Source: Alphaproteobacteria bacterium (lineage in GTDB: Bacteria; Pseudomonadota; Alphaproteobacteria; JAUXUR01). Taken from it: a stretch of DNA of 64,000 bases. The DNA lies in contig JAUYSY010000029.1 in the NCBI GenBank assembly GCA_030696155.1, positions 4,059 through 68,058 of the forward strand, in the 5' to 3' direction. Below are positions 51,553 to 62,000 of the stretch, in pieces. Positions within the stretch are counted from its first letter, which is position 1. The number at the start of each line of letters is the position of its first letter. The notes below the pieces were generated by a model. The model saw only the letters and a program-made list of their open reading frames with translations, was not told the origin of the DNA and ran no database searches. Position numbers and translations under genes: made by a program.

Positions 51553-52203
51553 TTATACTAAAGAAAGTAATAAGTTTTTAAATATCATCCAATCGTTTTT
51601 TTTATAAATAAAATGATGTGACAAAATGCCAATATTGGACGTTTTTTTTAATAAATTTTCTAATTCAACGTATAATTCCGTTTCAGTTTTAAAGCATCTT
51701 TTTTTCCAATTGATAAGATCAAGATGTGTATTCACATAAGATGTATGCAGATGAATGCCAAAAGCAGAAATAAAATCATAATGTTTTAACATGGGTACTT
51801 CCCAAGAAATATCCATTCTATTCCAGGGCGGCACAAAAATAGGTTTAAATGAATCCTCAAAAAGATCTTCCATGCGTTTTTTTTCGCTTAAAAGATTTTG
51901 TAATTGCGGATCATTAAAAAATACAAATTCTGATTTTTTTTGGAGTGCTATTGCCTTATTTTCATGACAAATACCGTGTTGCAAAATGGATAATTTGGGA
52001 TAATTTTGTGTATAATTCTTTAAATTTTTTGACATCCCTGCTGGAATCACAGCCAATGCAACAGGTATTGCAAAAGACGCACAAATATCTAAGAATTGAT
52101 CCATTTTAGAATTAGGTATTGTTAAATCGTCATCTCGTATCCAAAAAGATGGTTTTTCTTTTTGCGCGTCTATTAAGTGAGGTATATTTTTAAATGATTT
52201 CAT
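51553..52203 (-). CDS. Hypothetical protein, possibly polysaccharide-deacetylase-like (DUF2334-like)
   Basis: N-terminal FWIRDDDL motif resembles the NodB/DUF2334 Asp-Asp metal-binding motif, with conserved His downstream. Weak call. Confidence 0.35.
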   Translation of the reverse strand: MKSFKNIPHLIDAQKEKPSFWIRDDDLTIPNSKMDQFLDICASFAIPVALAVIPAGMSKNLKNYTQNYPKLSILQHGICHENKAIALQKKSEFVFFNDPQLQNLLSEKKRMEDLFEDSFKPIFVPPWNRMDISWEVPMLKHYDFISAFGIHLHTSYVNTHLDLINWKKRCFKTETELYVELENLLKKTSNIGILSHHFIYKKNDWMIFKNLLLSLV

Positions 52204-52276
52204 CTCTTACCTAAGATTGATTTTACTTTTATACCAAAACCTACTAAAAATAATGAATATTAACAATTGAAATAAA

Positions 52277-53221
52277 ATGATGACTTTTATCTCTCTCGAT
52301 GAAGCAATTGGCTTTTTACACAATAAAAAAGCAATTGTCTTTCCCACCGAAACTGTTTATGGTCTTGGCGCTGACGCTACAAGTGATATAGCTATTGCTG
52401 AAATTTATCGTCTTAAAAACAGGCCATCATTTAATCCACTCATCGTTCATTTTTATTCAATTGAGCAAGCGCAACTTTATGTTGAGTTTTCTGATCTTGC
52501 CTTAAAATTGAGTACTCTTTTTTGGCCAGGTCCTTTAACTTTGATTTTACCCCTTAAATCAGATTCACCCATATCCAAACTTGCCTCTGCGGGTCTTCAA
52601 ACCCTTGGCGTGCGCATTCCAAATCATCCTATTGCCCTTGAATTACTGAAAAAAATAAATCTACCATTGGCCGCCCCAAGTGCCAATGTTTCAGGTAAAA
52701 TAAGTCCTACGAAAGCTGCCCATGTGCATGCTTCATTCGGTGACAATGCACCAAATATTCTTGAGGGCGGCACATCTGTTGTGGGGCTTGAATCCACGAT
52801 TTTAGATTTATCAGGTCCCACACCAACTTTATTACGACCAGGTTTTGTTTCTTTCGAAACATTAAAAGAATATATGCCTAATTTATCTATAGGCTGTAGT
52901 ACTGATAAAATTGATGCGCCTTTGATTGCGCCTGGCCAATTAAAAAGCCATTATGCGCCGAATCATAAAATACGTCTAAATGCGACTGAGATTAAAGACA
53001 ACGAAGTGCTTCTTGCATTTGGGCCACATCCACTCGCTACAAAAGGATATATATATAATTTAAGTGAAAAAGGTGATCTGGTAGAAGCTGCAAGTCATTT
53101 TTTTGAAGCATTACATATTCTTGATGCGTTGGAATCGACTGGCATTGCTGTTATGCCCATTCCGAATGAAGGTTTAGGGCGCGCAATTAATGATCGTTTG
53201 AGTAGAGCTGCAGCCATTTAA
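52277..53221 (+). CDS. L-threonylcarbamoyladenylate synthase (Sua5/YwlC/YrdC family, with Sua5 C-terminal domain)
   Basis: YrdC-fold motifs (VFPTETVYGLGADA, SANVSGK) and ~110-aa Sua5-type C-terminal extension. Confidence 0.85.
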   Translation: MMTFISLDEAIGFLHNKKAIVFPTETVYGLGADATSDIAIAEIYRLKNRPSFNPLIVHFYSIEQAQLYVEFSDLALKLSTLFWPGPLTLILPLKSDSPISKLASAGLQTLGVRIPNHPIALELLKKINLPLAAPSANVSGKISPTKAAHVHASFGDNAPNILEGGTSVVGLESTILDLSGPTPTLLRPGFVSFETLKEYMPNLSIGCSTDKIDAPLIAPGQLKSHYAPNHKIRLNATEIKDNEVLLAFGPHPLATKGYIYNLSEKGDLVEAASHFFEALHILDALESTGIAVMPIPNEGLGRAINDRLSRAAAI

Positions 53222-53295
53222 CACTATAGTTGATAGACATTGGAAGGATACATCATCACGCCTCGCTTATGTATATAGGAATACACTTCATTTGT
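53222..53295. repeat. Family-B-related short palindromic repeat
   Basis: catcatcacgcctcgcttatgtatataggaatacac is approximately the reverse complement of the 35275..35320 core. Confidence 0.5.
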
Positions 53296-53354
53296 TGTTC
53301 CTTGTCCACTTTTCAATTCTATCAACAAGTAAATTTTGATAAAATCGTATTACT

Positions 53355-53486
53355 AACCCCCCATTTTCCTACTCCCCGCGGCTTGACCGCTGGGTCCATA
53401 AAACCTGTTGAGAAGTATCGATAAATTTATTAATCTAACTTCTTCACAATGGATCCCGCGGTCAAGCCACGGGAAGTAGGAGATTG
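53355..53486. repeat. Family-C MITE-like element, copy 4
   Basis: cctactccccgcggcttgaccgctgggtcc ... ggatcccgcggtcaagccacgggaagtaggag. Confidence 0.7.
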
Positions 53487-53508
53487 TAGAATTTCGAAGA
53501 AGTCTATT

Positions 53509-53943
53509 TTATTCAGCTGACACAGGTTGTACAACAGCTTCCGCATGTGCTGCAGGTGCCGCATTTGTATGTACGTTTTGTGCATGTGCTTGAATAGGAT
53601 CTTTAATATGCTGACTTGGTGTTTCGCTCACAATTTGCGTCAATGTTGGTTTAAGACCTCTTTCAGCAGGACGTGCATTTGTTGAAACTTTTTTTACAGC
53701 ATTTTTAGATGAATTAACCAATTTATCAGAAAAAAGAATGGCTTGTTTTTCGCTTGGATGTCCTTTTTCAGGCGCAATATGTTGATGATCAGCAGACACA
53801 ATTTGTGCAGATCCATCCTTATAATGGTTAAGCGTAATAGTGTGTTGGCTGATTGCAGCAGGTTCTTCTTTTGTTTTTTCTTCAGAAAAAACGATATTAG
53901 AGACGAAAGAAAAAGCAGCAATAAGTAAAAGTGATTTCTTCAT
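53509..53943 (-). CDS. Small secreted hypothetical protein (Ala/His/Gln-rich)
   Basis: Signal peptide MKKSLLLIAAFSFVSNIVFS. GAGGA RBS. No family recognised. Confidence 0.45.
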   Translation of the reverse strand: MKKSLLLIAAFSFVSNIVFSEEKTKEEPAAISQHTITLNHYKDGSAQIVSADHQHIAPEKGHPSEKQAILFSDKLVNSSKNAVKKVSTNARPAERGLKPTLTQIVSETPSQHIKDPIQAHAQNVHTNAAPAAHAEAVVQPVSAE

Positions 53944-54162
53944 TCTTTAGGGTTCCTCTATAAAATTATTATCGTCAGCATAATGCCATGAAATGTTTTA
54001 GGATTTCAACATATACTCTTCCTTTTTCAAACTGTGGAGGTCGTCAGATTTCGGGATTCAACATGCTCATGTATAAAGAGATACATTCCGCGTGTTTCAC
54101 CGCTCATCTTCCTACCCACATTTTGAAACCGATCGAGTATATAAGGATAAGGATTTGGAATT

Positions 54163-54801
54163 TTATAATTCTTCAAATTGATCTATTTTATCGTTATATG
54201 CATTAATAATACCCGTTGATAAATCAAAAAACCAACCATGGATAATTAAATTGTTTTTTTGAACATTTTCCTTAATCCATGGAAACGTCATAAGATTTTT
54301 GAGTGAGTTTATAATGGCATATTTGCCGCAAAAATGATTTTTTGCTTCTGGGTTCGCTTCAGCATGCTGTAGATAAGTTTGATCACAAGCAGGTTGAGCC
54401 AATTCCATCCATTTGGTTATAAAGCTATAGGATAGATATGGCGTTATTGCATGATCAAGAAGTGATTGAATACCAGCGCATTGGCTATGCCCAAAAACAA
54501 TAATATGATGAACTTTTAAATTACAAATCGCAAATTCAAGCGCAGCACTTGTGCCATGCAGCGAATCATCTGCCTGATAAGGTGGCACAAGATTGGCGAC
54601 ATTACGAATAACAAATAAATCACCTGGTTCACAATTGGTAATAATGGCTGGATCAACACGTGAATCTGAGCAAGCAATCATTAAAATTTTAGGCTGTTGT
54701 CCTAAACGTACAAGATTTTCAAAAGCTGAAGACGTTCCATCAAAATAATTTTCTTTAAACATTTGATACCCTTTGATTAAATCTTCTATATTTTTTGCCA
54801 T
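54163..54801 (-). CDS. Beta-class carbonic anhydrase
   Basis: Zinc ligand motifs CSDSRVDP and HSQCAG. Confidence 0.85.
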   Translation of the reverse strand: MAKNIEDLIKGYQMFKENYFDGTSSAFENLVRLGQQPKILMIACSDSRVDPAIITNCEPGDLFVIRNVANLVPPYQADDSLHGTSAALEFAICNLKVHHIIVFGHSQCAGIQSLLDHAITPYLSYSFITKWMELAQPACDQTYLQHAEANPEAKNHFCGKYAIINSLKNLMTFPWIKENVQKNNLIIHGWFFDLSTGIINAYNDKIDQFEEL

Positions 54802-54936
54802 AGCCTATTTTCCTTTATTAAAATATATTTAGTCGTACCATAAAATTTAAGAAATAAAAAAGACATAATAGTTGACTATTTTTTAATTCTATTGTATCTT
54901 TCTTGTATTTATTAAAAATGAAAAAAGGAACTTCAA

Positions 54937-57465
54937 ATGAAAAAATTTTTTTTTCCTCTAGTATATCTTTCTTTGTGTGGCCCGTTAGTTTCTGCATCAC
55001 CTTTAGAAAATAAAATTACAAAAAACTTTAACAACAACATATCAGGTTATCAAGAACATTTTGATAATGTAAGCAATTATGTAAATAATGAACTTTTTTC
55101 AACTACATCTAAATGGCATACCAATGAAATTAAAGAATATATCAACTTATTAAGCCAAATGAATGAAGAAGAATTTGAAACCCTAAAACTAAATATCCTA
55201 TATTTTGCTACGTCTTGTTGCTGTATGCATTCTTTTTCTTACACTAAATTTAAAAAAATAACTTTCTTGCTTCATACTAAACCAGAAGAATTCGATGATC
55301 TTCTTGAGTACAAAAATCAACATGATATATCGACCTCAGACTTTCTTCCTCTATTTTACGAAAAAATGGAAGACAATAAAGCTTCTGATCAATTGCTACT
55401 TACCGACCTTAAAACAAATAATGAGCAAACTTCCGATCAATTATCGCTTACTAACCATAAAGTTAATAATGAAAACCATTCTGATCAATTACCACTTACC
55501 GACCACAAAGTTAATAATGAAAAATTTTTTGATGATTTATGCAAACAAATTACTGCATCTCAAACAAAGGAAATAGTTCGTTGTACATTTCAAAAAGAAC
55601 CTTTCAATAAAAAATCAAGAAAGACAATTCATACATTGTTGTTAAATTTTATTAAATCAAGAGACTTTATAGAACTTGATGATTTTGATTTATCAAAATT
55701 TAAAGCATTATTCGGCCCTAACGAACAATATCGAAATTCTCCTAATTGTTGTCAATATGTTATAAATGCTATGCGTAATACGCATAAATTGTTTAATCAA
55801 CAACCAATATTGTTGTCTATCTATCAAGATATCTTAGAATTGTTTTTTAAATTACAAAATAACTCTAATGAAGTTTTTGCGTTTTTATCAAACACCCATT
55901 TAAAAGGAAACCTTTGTGTTAGTTTAAGTAATATAGAAACACAAATAAACACGATGATTAATGCTGAAAAATTAAAAAACATTGAATCGTGGGAACCTGT
56001 TTTTAGAAAAATAAATGTATACAATTTAGATCAACAACTGTTTAACGAATTATTCGAATTTATTTACGCTCATTCAACCCCCTCACAACACCTTATTGCT
56101 TATTTAGAGTTAATAAATAAAAATACATCAACAAAAATTACCAATAATTTTTTGGTAAAAACCATTATAAAATGCGATGAAAATCAATTAAGAAATGCAC
56201 ATCATCAATTAAAAAATATATGCAGCTCAACAAATTTAGATTTTAATTCTCATCAATTAATAGCTGCTTATATTTTATTAGCGCAAGATTCTTTTGAGAT
56301 TGCTCAACAATTAGAAACATATCTATTAAACAACCCTCAGCAACTTATCGAAGCGATGAAAGACATACACAAGTCTTTTCAAAAAAATGGTGCATCAGTC
56401 ATTTGCTATAAAAACGCTTTAAAGCTATTGATAAAAACAGAAAAACCAACTGATATTTCTTTGTTTTTAACATGCACCAATTACAATAAAGCATCTATTT
56501 CTTTTGATGATTTAGAAAACCTTATTGAAAAAAATATTAACACTAGAGATTTAAAAAACATTCAATCGTGGAAACAAGTTTTTCAACTTTTAGATATGTA
56601 TTGTTTACCTGAAAATTTATTTAATAATTTTTTAGACTTTGCGTCTTTATATTCAGAACCTCCACGTTCGCTTGTTTATTATTTAAAACTTATATGCCGC
56701 GGAACAAAAAATAAAATCACGAACATTTCTCTTGTCAAAACTATCATGAAAGTCAATCAATACGGAGAAGCAAGTGCCAAATTAAAAGATATTTTGTATT
56801 TATTAAAAGATATAAGTCTATATGAAAATTCAGGTATAATAAAATATTTTGGTTTTTTAAATCAATACGAAGAAAATATGTATTATAAAGCGCATTCTAA
56901 GTTAACTGATCTTTATTCAAGCGCATTGATTCCTAACGAGATTAAAGAGAATTTACTTAGATACATTCATATTTCAATTGAATATGGACGAAACGATTCA
57001 GAACTATGTTGTCTTGGAGCATTACGTGCACAGCATCTCTACAAAACCATTGAACCATATGATTTATTAAAAGAACATGCTTCTGTTACTCAAAAACGAT
57101 TACATGACAATGCAATATATAATATAAAAAACTTGAGAAATATTATCTATGATTTATCTTTTTCTTCACTTCAATCAATTGCAAATACTATTTTGTTGGC
57201 ACAAGAATCTCCAGAACTTCAAAAACGATTAAATTATACAATCGAAAAATTGCCTTTCTATTCATTAATGAATGAAAATAAGGTTAAAGTCAATCTACGT
57301 CAACATTTAAATTTTGTTTTTCAAAACAAAATACCTGAACCAAGAAAAAAATATAAGTTTAAATTAAAAAAATATTTAAACTTTATTTTAAATATGACAG
57401 AAGAGACGTTTAATTTGTTAATCGTTGACAACAATAAAGATTTTAACGATTTTAGAAATCATTAA
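54937..57465 (+). CDS. Large secreted Asn/Lys-rich hypothetical protein with internal duplications
   Basis: Signal peptide MKKFFFPLVYLSLCGPLVSA (RBS aaagga). Three tandem 16-aa units SDQLxLT(D/N)(L/H)K(T/V)NNE. Two ~105-aa paralogous segments (…NIESWEPVFRKINVYNLDQQLFNELFEF… / …NIQSWKQVFQLLDMYCLPENLFNNFLDF…). Confidence 0.55.
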   Translation: MKKFFFPLVYLSLCGPLVSASPLENKITKNFNNNISGYQEHFDNVSNYVNNELFSTTSKWHTNEIKEYINLLSQMNEEEFETLKLNILYFATSCCCMHSFSYTKFKKITFLLHTKPEEFDDLLEYKNQHDISTSDFLPLFYEKMEDNKASDQLLLTDLKTNNEQTSDQLSLTNHKVNNENHSDQLPLTDHKVNNEKFFDDLCKQITASQTKEIVRCTFQKEPFNKKSRKTIHTLLLNFIKSRDFIELDDFDLSKFKALFGPNEQYRNSPNCCQYVINAMRNTHKLFNQQPILLSIYQDILELFFKLQNNSNEVFAFLSNTHLKGNLCVSLSNIETQINTMINAEKLKNIESWEPVFRKINVYNLDQQLFNELFEFIYAHSTPSQHLIAYLELINKNTSTKITNNFLVKTIIKCDENQLRNAHHQLKNICSSTNLDFNSHQLIAAYILLAQDSFEIAQQLETYLLNNPQQLIEAMKDIHKSFQKNGASVICYKNALKLLIKTEKPTDISLFLTCTNYNKASISFDDLENLIEKNINTRDLKNIQSWKQVFQLLDMYCLPENLFNNFLDFASLYSEPPRSLVYYLKLICRGTKNKITNISLVKTIMKVNQYGEASAKLKDILYLLKDISLYENSGIIKYFGFLNQYEENMYYKAHSKLTDLYSSALIPNEIKENLLRYIHISIEYGRNDSELCCLGALRAQHLYKTIEPYDLLKEHASVTQKRLHDNAIYNIKNLRNIIYDLSFSSLQSIANTILLAQESPELQKRLNYTIEKLPFYSLMNENKVKVNLRQHLNFVFQNKIPEPRKKYKFKLKKYLNFILNMTEETFNLLIVDNNKDFNDFRNH

Positions 57466-57488
57466 TACTTTCTTACGTTTCAAAATTG

Positions 57489-57560
57489 ATGCAATTGTCC
57501 CCTCCTACGTTCGATTTATTCGTAGAACGCAGGAGGGGAGATTCTTAAATTTTTACACCA
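57489..57560. repeat. Short family-C-related hairpin (cccctcctacgttc...gtagaacgcaggagggg) between convergent genes, probably a bidirectional terminator
   Basis: 14-bp imperfect stem sharing the cctcctacg motif and the agattcttaaatttt tail with family-C right ends. Lies between the stop of the 842-aa gene and the stop of the minus-strand methyltransferase. Confidence 0.5.
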
Positions 57561-58345
57561 GACCCTATTAATACATCAAAAGTCGCTAAAATCTTATTAT
57601 CCTCAATGCTAAAATCATTTACATAATTGTAACACATACTATCAAAAACCCTTTTACTTAAAAATTGTCGCGAACGTTGAATCATTGTATTTGATTCACC
57701 CATTTTTTTTAAATCTCTTAAAAGATTGATAGGGTGAGAATAGGTTACCTCAAGACGATCTTCTGTGCTGAGCGAAAGCTCAAACCCTGCACGTTTGAGC
57801 AAATCACCCAATTGTTTCACCTCTATCATCGGCATAATATGTGGGAATATTTTTTGAGTTAGACTCATTTCTGCCTTATAAAAAGATTCTTTTAATTCCA
57901 TAAGGGTTTCACCGCCAAAAAGACTCCCTATAAAAACACCATTTTTTTTAAGACTTGTATGAAATTGCTTTAAAGCTCCAGGAAAATCATTGGTCATATG
58001 AAGATGTGTAGAAGATAAAATCAAGTCAAAGCTACCTGGTGCAAAAGGTAAATTTTCTTCATCGCCTTGAATAAAATTATATTTTTCATGTTTTTTTAAG
58101 TGTCCAAAATCCATTATTGTAATATTTTGAAAGTTATTATTATTTTCTAAATAATCGAATAAATTACTACTTTTAGACCCTATGATTAAAACTGTATCAA
58201 AAGAACGATTGAACTCTTTTAATCTTTCAATAAGCCTTTCATTTATTTCATAATGTAAAAAATCAAAAGGCGGAAGTAAAGGTAGCGTTTTTGTCCGTAT
58301 CGATTTAATATAGGCTTTATCAAAGATTTTAGGTATATTTTTCAT
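57545..58345 (-). CDS. Class I SAM-dependent methyltransferase, hypothetical substrate
   Basis: Rossmann-like methyltransferase region (VLIIGSKSS..., DLILSSTHLHMTND, GVFIGSLFGGETL). Confidence 0.55.
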   Translation of the reverse strand: MKNIPKIFDKAYIKSIRTKTLPLLPPFDFLHYEINERLIERLKEFNRSFDTVLIIGSKSSNLFDYLENNNNFQNITIMDFGHLKKHEKYNFIQGDEENLPFAPGSFDLILSSTHLHMTNDFPGALKQFHTSLKKNGVFIGSLFGGETLMELKESFYKAEMSLTQKIFPHIMPMIEVKQLGDLLKRAGFELSLSTEDRLEVTYSHPINLLRDLKKMGESNTMIQRSRQFLSKRVFDSMCYNYVNDFSIEDNKILATFDVLIGSGVKI

Positions 58346-58378
58346 GGTATTGACATTTTCGGTTCAAAAGGATGCATT

Positions 58379-58885
58379 GTGATTAAGACATTAGCTCATT
58401 TTTTTAGTTTTTGTCTAATTTTTAGTATGGCTCAAAATACGTATCTTTACGCAAAACTTCCTCTCAATTCAGGTCTTCCCATTCCGCGATTTGCAGCTTT
58501 AAGATCAGCAGACGTTAATTTAAGAACTGGTCCTGGAACACGTTATCCCATTTCTTGGGTTATTAAAAAAAAATTTCTTCCTGTTAAAGTAATTGCCGAA
58601 CAAGAAAATTGGCGTAAAATTGAACTTCATGATGGTACGATTGGCTGGGTTTTTCAATCAATGCTCACAGGCAACAAAACGGCTATGATTAATATTTCTA
58701 AGGCCTTTTTAAGACGTGCGCCTCAAGCTAGTTCTTCTATCATTGTAACAATTGGTGATGGTATCATTGGTCAATTAAAATTGTGCAAAGGAAATTGGTG
58801 CAGATTAACGCTGAGTAATCATAAAAATCATACAGGGTGGATTGAGCGTGAGCATCTTTGGGGAGCAGAATTTGATAAAAAATAA
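58379..58885 (+). CDS. Secreted bacterial SH3-domain (SH3b) protein
   Basis: Signal peptide, then VNLRTGPGTRYPISWVI...GTIGWVFQSML and a second SH3-like unit. GTG start with AAGGA RBS. Confidence 0.6.
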   Translation: MIKTLAHFFSFCLIFSMAQNTYLYAKLPLNSGLPIPRFAALRSADVNLRTGPGTRYPISWVIKKKFLPVKVIAEQENWRKIELHDGTIGWVFQSMLTGNKTAMINISKAFLRRAPQASSSIIVTIGDGIIGQLKLCKGNWCRLTLSNHKNHTGWIEREHLWGAEFDKK

Positions 58886-58887
58886 AT

Positions 58888-59029
58888 AGACTTCTTCCTA
58901 AACTCTACTGCTGCGGCCAATTGATGTGTCGGTTCGGTACTCAGATCCTCAAGTATAAAAGATACATTCCAGTCTTCCGTGCCGAAACTCCTATCACTTG
59001 TCTCACAGCAGCGAGTTTTGAAAAAAGTC
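58888..59029. repeat. Family-B palindromic intergenic repeat, copy 2
   Basis: tagacttcttcctaaactctactgctgcgg ... cagcagcgagttttgaaaaaagtcta. The core is the reverse-orientation homologue of 15549..15691. Confidence 0.65.
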
Positions 59030-59080
59030 TAATATTTTTGGGTATGTTTCTTGGTTTGTTTAAGGTTTTAGAATAATATA

Positions 59081-62000
59081 GTGAAGGATGTAAATTTTAT
59101 GGGTAAAGTACAGGCCATTAATATGATGAAAAACCGTAAAAGTGAACAAATTGAAAAAATTATTGATTTAGCAAGCCATTATTTTCCTTCAACTAAAAAA
59201 GAAATTCTAACGCTTTTTACCCGACATTTTTTTGATCATTTAACAAAAGATGATCTTATTTATGCATCACCTGAACATCTTGCGCATTATGTGAGTGGCG
59301 TTTGGGAATTTTTACAAGATCGTCAAAAAAACGAACTTAAAATTAGATTAAAAAGCAATTACGATCAAGAAAACAATTGGTTGGGCCCAAAAACAATTAT
59401 TGAAATTATTCAAACAGACATGCCTTTTGTCGTTGATTCTATTTCCTCTGAGCTTTTACGTTTAGGATTTTCGCCTTCTCTTTTTCTTCATCCAGTTTTT
59501 GTTATTGAGCGTGATAAAAATGGGAAAATAATGGATTTCCCTAAAACCTCAGATACGTCTAAGGAAACAATTTCAGTTGAATGTGTTATGCTTTTACAAC
59601 TGAATGAATCTTTAAGTGAATTCCAAAAAAATGATATTGAAGCAAATCTTAGACGCGTACTCGAAAACGTAGCCCAATCAGTTCATGATTGGCAAATAAT
59701 GCGCAAAAAATTATACTCTGTTATTAATGATATGACTTTTGTGCCAGGTCTTAAAATTGAAGATGAAGAAGAAGCCCGTGCTTTTCTTCAATGGTTAGAT
59801 CAAGACCATTTTACGTTTTTAGGCTATCGCGAATATCTTTATTCTGCGAAAAATGGTAAAATTCAAAATCGTGTTCTTTCAGATGAAGCTTTAGGGCTTT
59901 TTAAAGATCCCGCTTTTATGCTTTATGAAGATGAAGATAATGGGGATGTGCCGCCAGAAGTACAAGCATTGTCCACACGTCCCGATTTAATTATTTTTAG
60001 CAAAAGTACAAAAAGATCACCCGTTCATCGTCCTAGTTTTTTAGACATTGTTTCTATTAAAAAATTCTCTCCTAAAGGAGATGTTGTAGGTGATTATCAA
60101 TTTATTGGTCTTTTTACAGCCTCTGCTTACCACGATAAGCCAGAGCTTATTCCTATTTGCAGACGTAAAGCCTCATCTATTGTCACAAGATCGGGCTATC
60201 ACCCAAAGAGCCATGACGGTAAAGCCATTACCCATATTTTAAATAGCTTTCCACGTGATGAACTTTTTCAAATTTCAGCCGAAGAATTATATGAAATATC
60301 TTTAGGCATTTTAGAGCTTATGGCGCGCCCTGAAATTGCTCTTTTTATTCGTAAAGATCCGTTCGGAAGAAGTATTTCATGCTTTGTTTATGTACCGCGT
60401 GACAGGTATGATACAGCCTTGCGTGAAAAATTCTTAAAAATCCTGGAACTTTCATTTAATGGTAAAGTATCTGCATTTTATACCCATATTTCTGATGATA
60501 ATTTGGCCAGACTTCATGTTATTTTACGCATTAAACGAGGGTTTTTACCCCTTTATAATTTAGAAGAAATTACAGAACATTTAAGCTTAGCTGCTGAAAC
60601 ATGGCAAGATCATTTGCGTCTTGTTTTGTTAAATAAAAAAGGTGAAGAATTAGGGCGCGATTATTTCCGTCAGTTTTCTCAAGCTTTTCCCTTTTCGTAT
60701 CGCGATAAATATGCGCCTGAATTTGCGCTTGTTGATATTGAAATTTGTTTTGATGTCATTCAAAGTCAAAAATTAGGTATTAATTTATTTCAACTTCCAG
60801 ATCAAGACGAGGAACTTATTTATCTTAAGCTTTACCATCTTGCATCACCCATTCATCTATCAGATGTTATGCCAATGTTTGAAGGGATGGGATTACGCGC
60901 GATCAGTGAAGTGCCCTTTGAAGTTAAAGTTCAAGAACTTGATGAATCCTTATGGATTCACGAATTTTGCTTAAGTTCAAAACTCAAAATTGATTTGGAT
61001 CAAATCAAAGAAAAATTTGAGAATGCTTTTCTTAAATTATGGGAAGGTGCAATTGAAAACGATTATTTAAATGCACTTGTTATAACAGCTCAATTAACGT
61101 GGAAAGAAATAACGATTTTAAGAACGTATTCGCGTTATTTACGTCAAATCGGGGTCCATTTTAGCCATAATTATCTTGAAGAAACATTGGTTAAACATTC
61201 TCATTTGGCTAAAACCTTTGTAGACATATTTTATCTTTATTTTGATCCTAAAAATGAATCAATTGACCAATCGAAGATTCAAGAAAAAAGCACCTATATC
61301 TTAAAAGAACTCGTCAATGTTAAAAACGCTGATGAAGATCGCATCATTCGACGCTTTTTAAATCTTCTTCATGCAAGTTTACGTGTTACCTATTTTCAAA
61401 AGAACGCTTTTGGAAAATCACACCCTTATGTAGCGATTAAGTTTGATTCCCGTAAAATAGATGAATTGCCATTACCCAAACCATTTTATGAAGTTTTTGT
61501 CTATTCTCCTAAAGTTGAGGCTATTCACTTAAGGGGTGGTAAAGTCGCACGTGGTGGCATTAGGTGGTCTGATAGACGGGAAGATTTCAGAACTGAAGTT
61601 TTAGGTCTTATGAAGGCTCAAACAATTAAAAATGCATTGATTGTGCCTGTGGGTGCAAAAGGTGGTTTTGTTGTCAAATCACCTAATCCAACATCTCAAG
61701 AAGTTATTGATTGTTATTCGATTCTTATTAGGGGACTTTTAGATCTCACAGATAATCTATATGAAGATCAAATCATTTATCCTAAAAATGTTATAAGACG
61801 TGATGGCGACGATCCTTACCTTGTTGTAGCCGCTGATAAAGGAACAGCAAGTTTTTCAGATATTGCCAATAAAATATCACAAGAATATAATTTCTGGTTA
61901 GGGGATGCTTTTGCGTCCGGTGGTTCTGCCGGTTATGACCATAAAAAAATGGGTATTACAGCAAAAGGGGCTTGGGAATCGGTTAAACGTCATTTTTATG

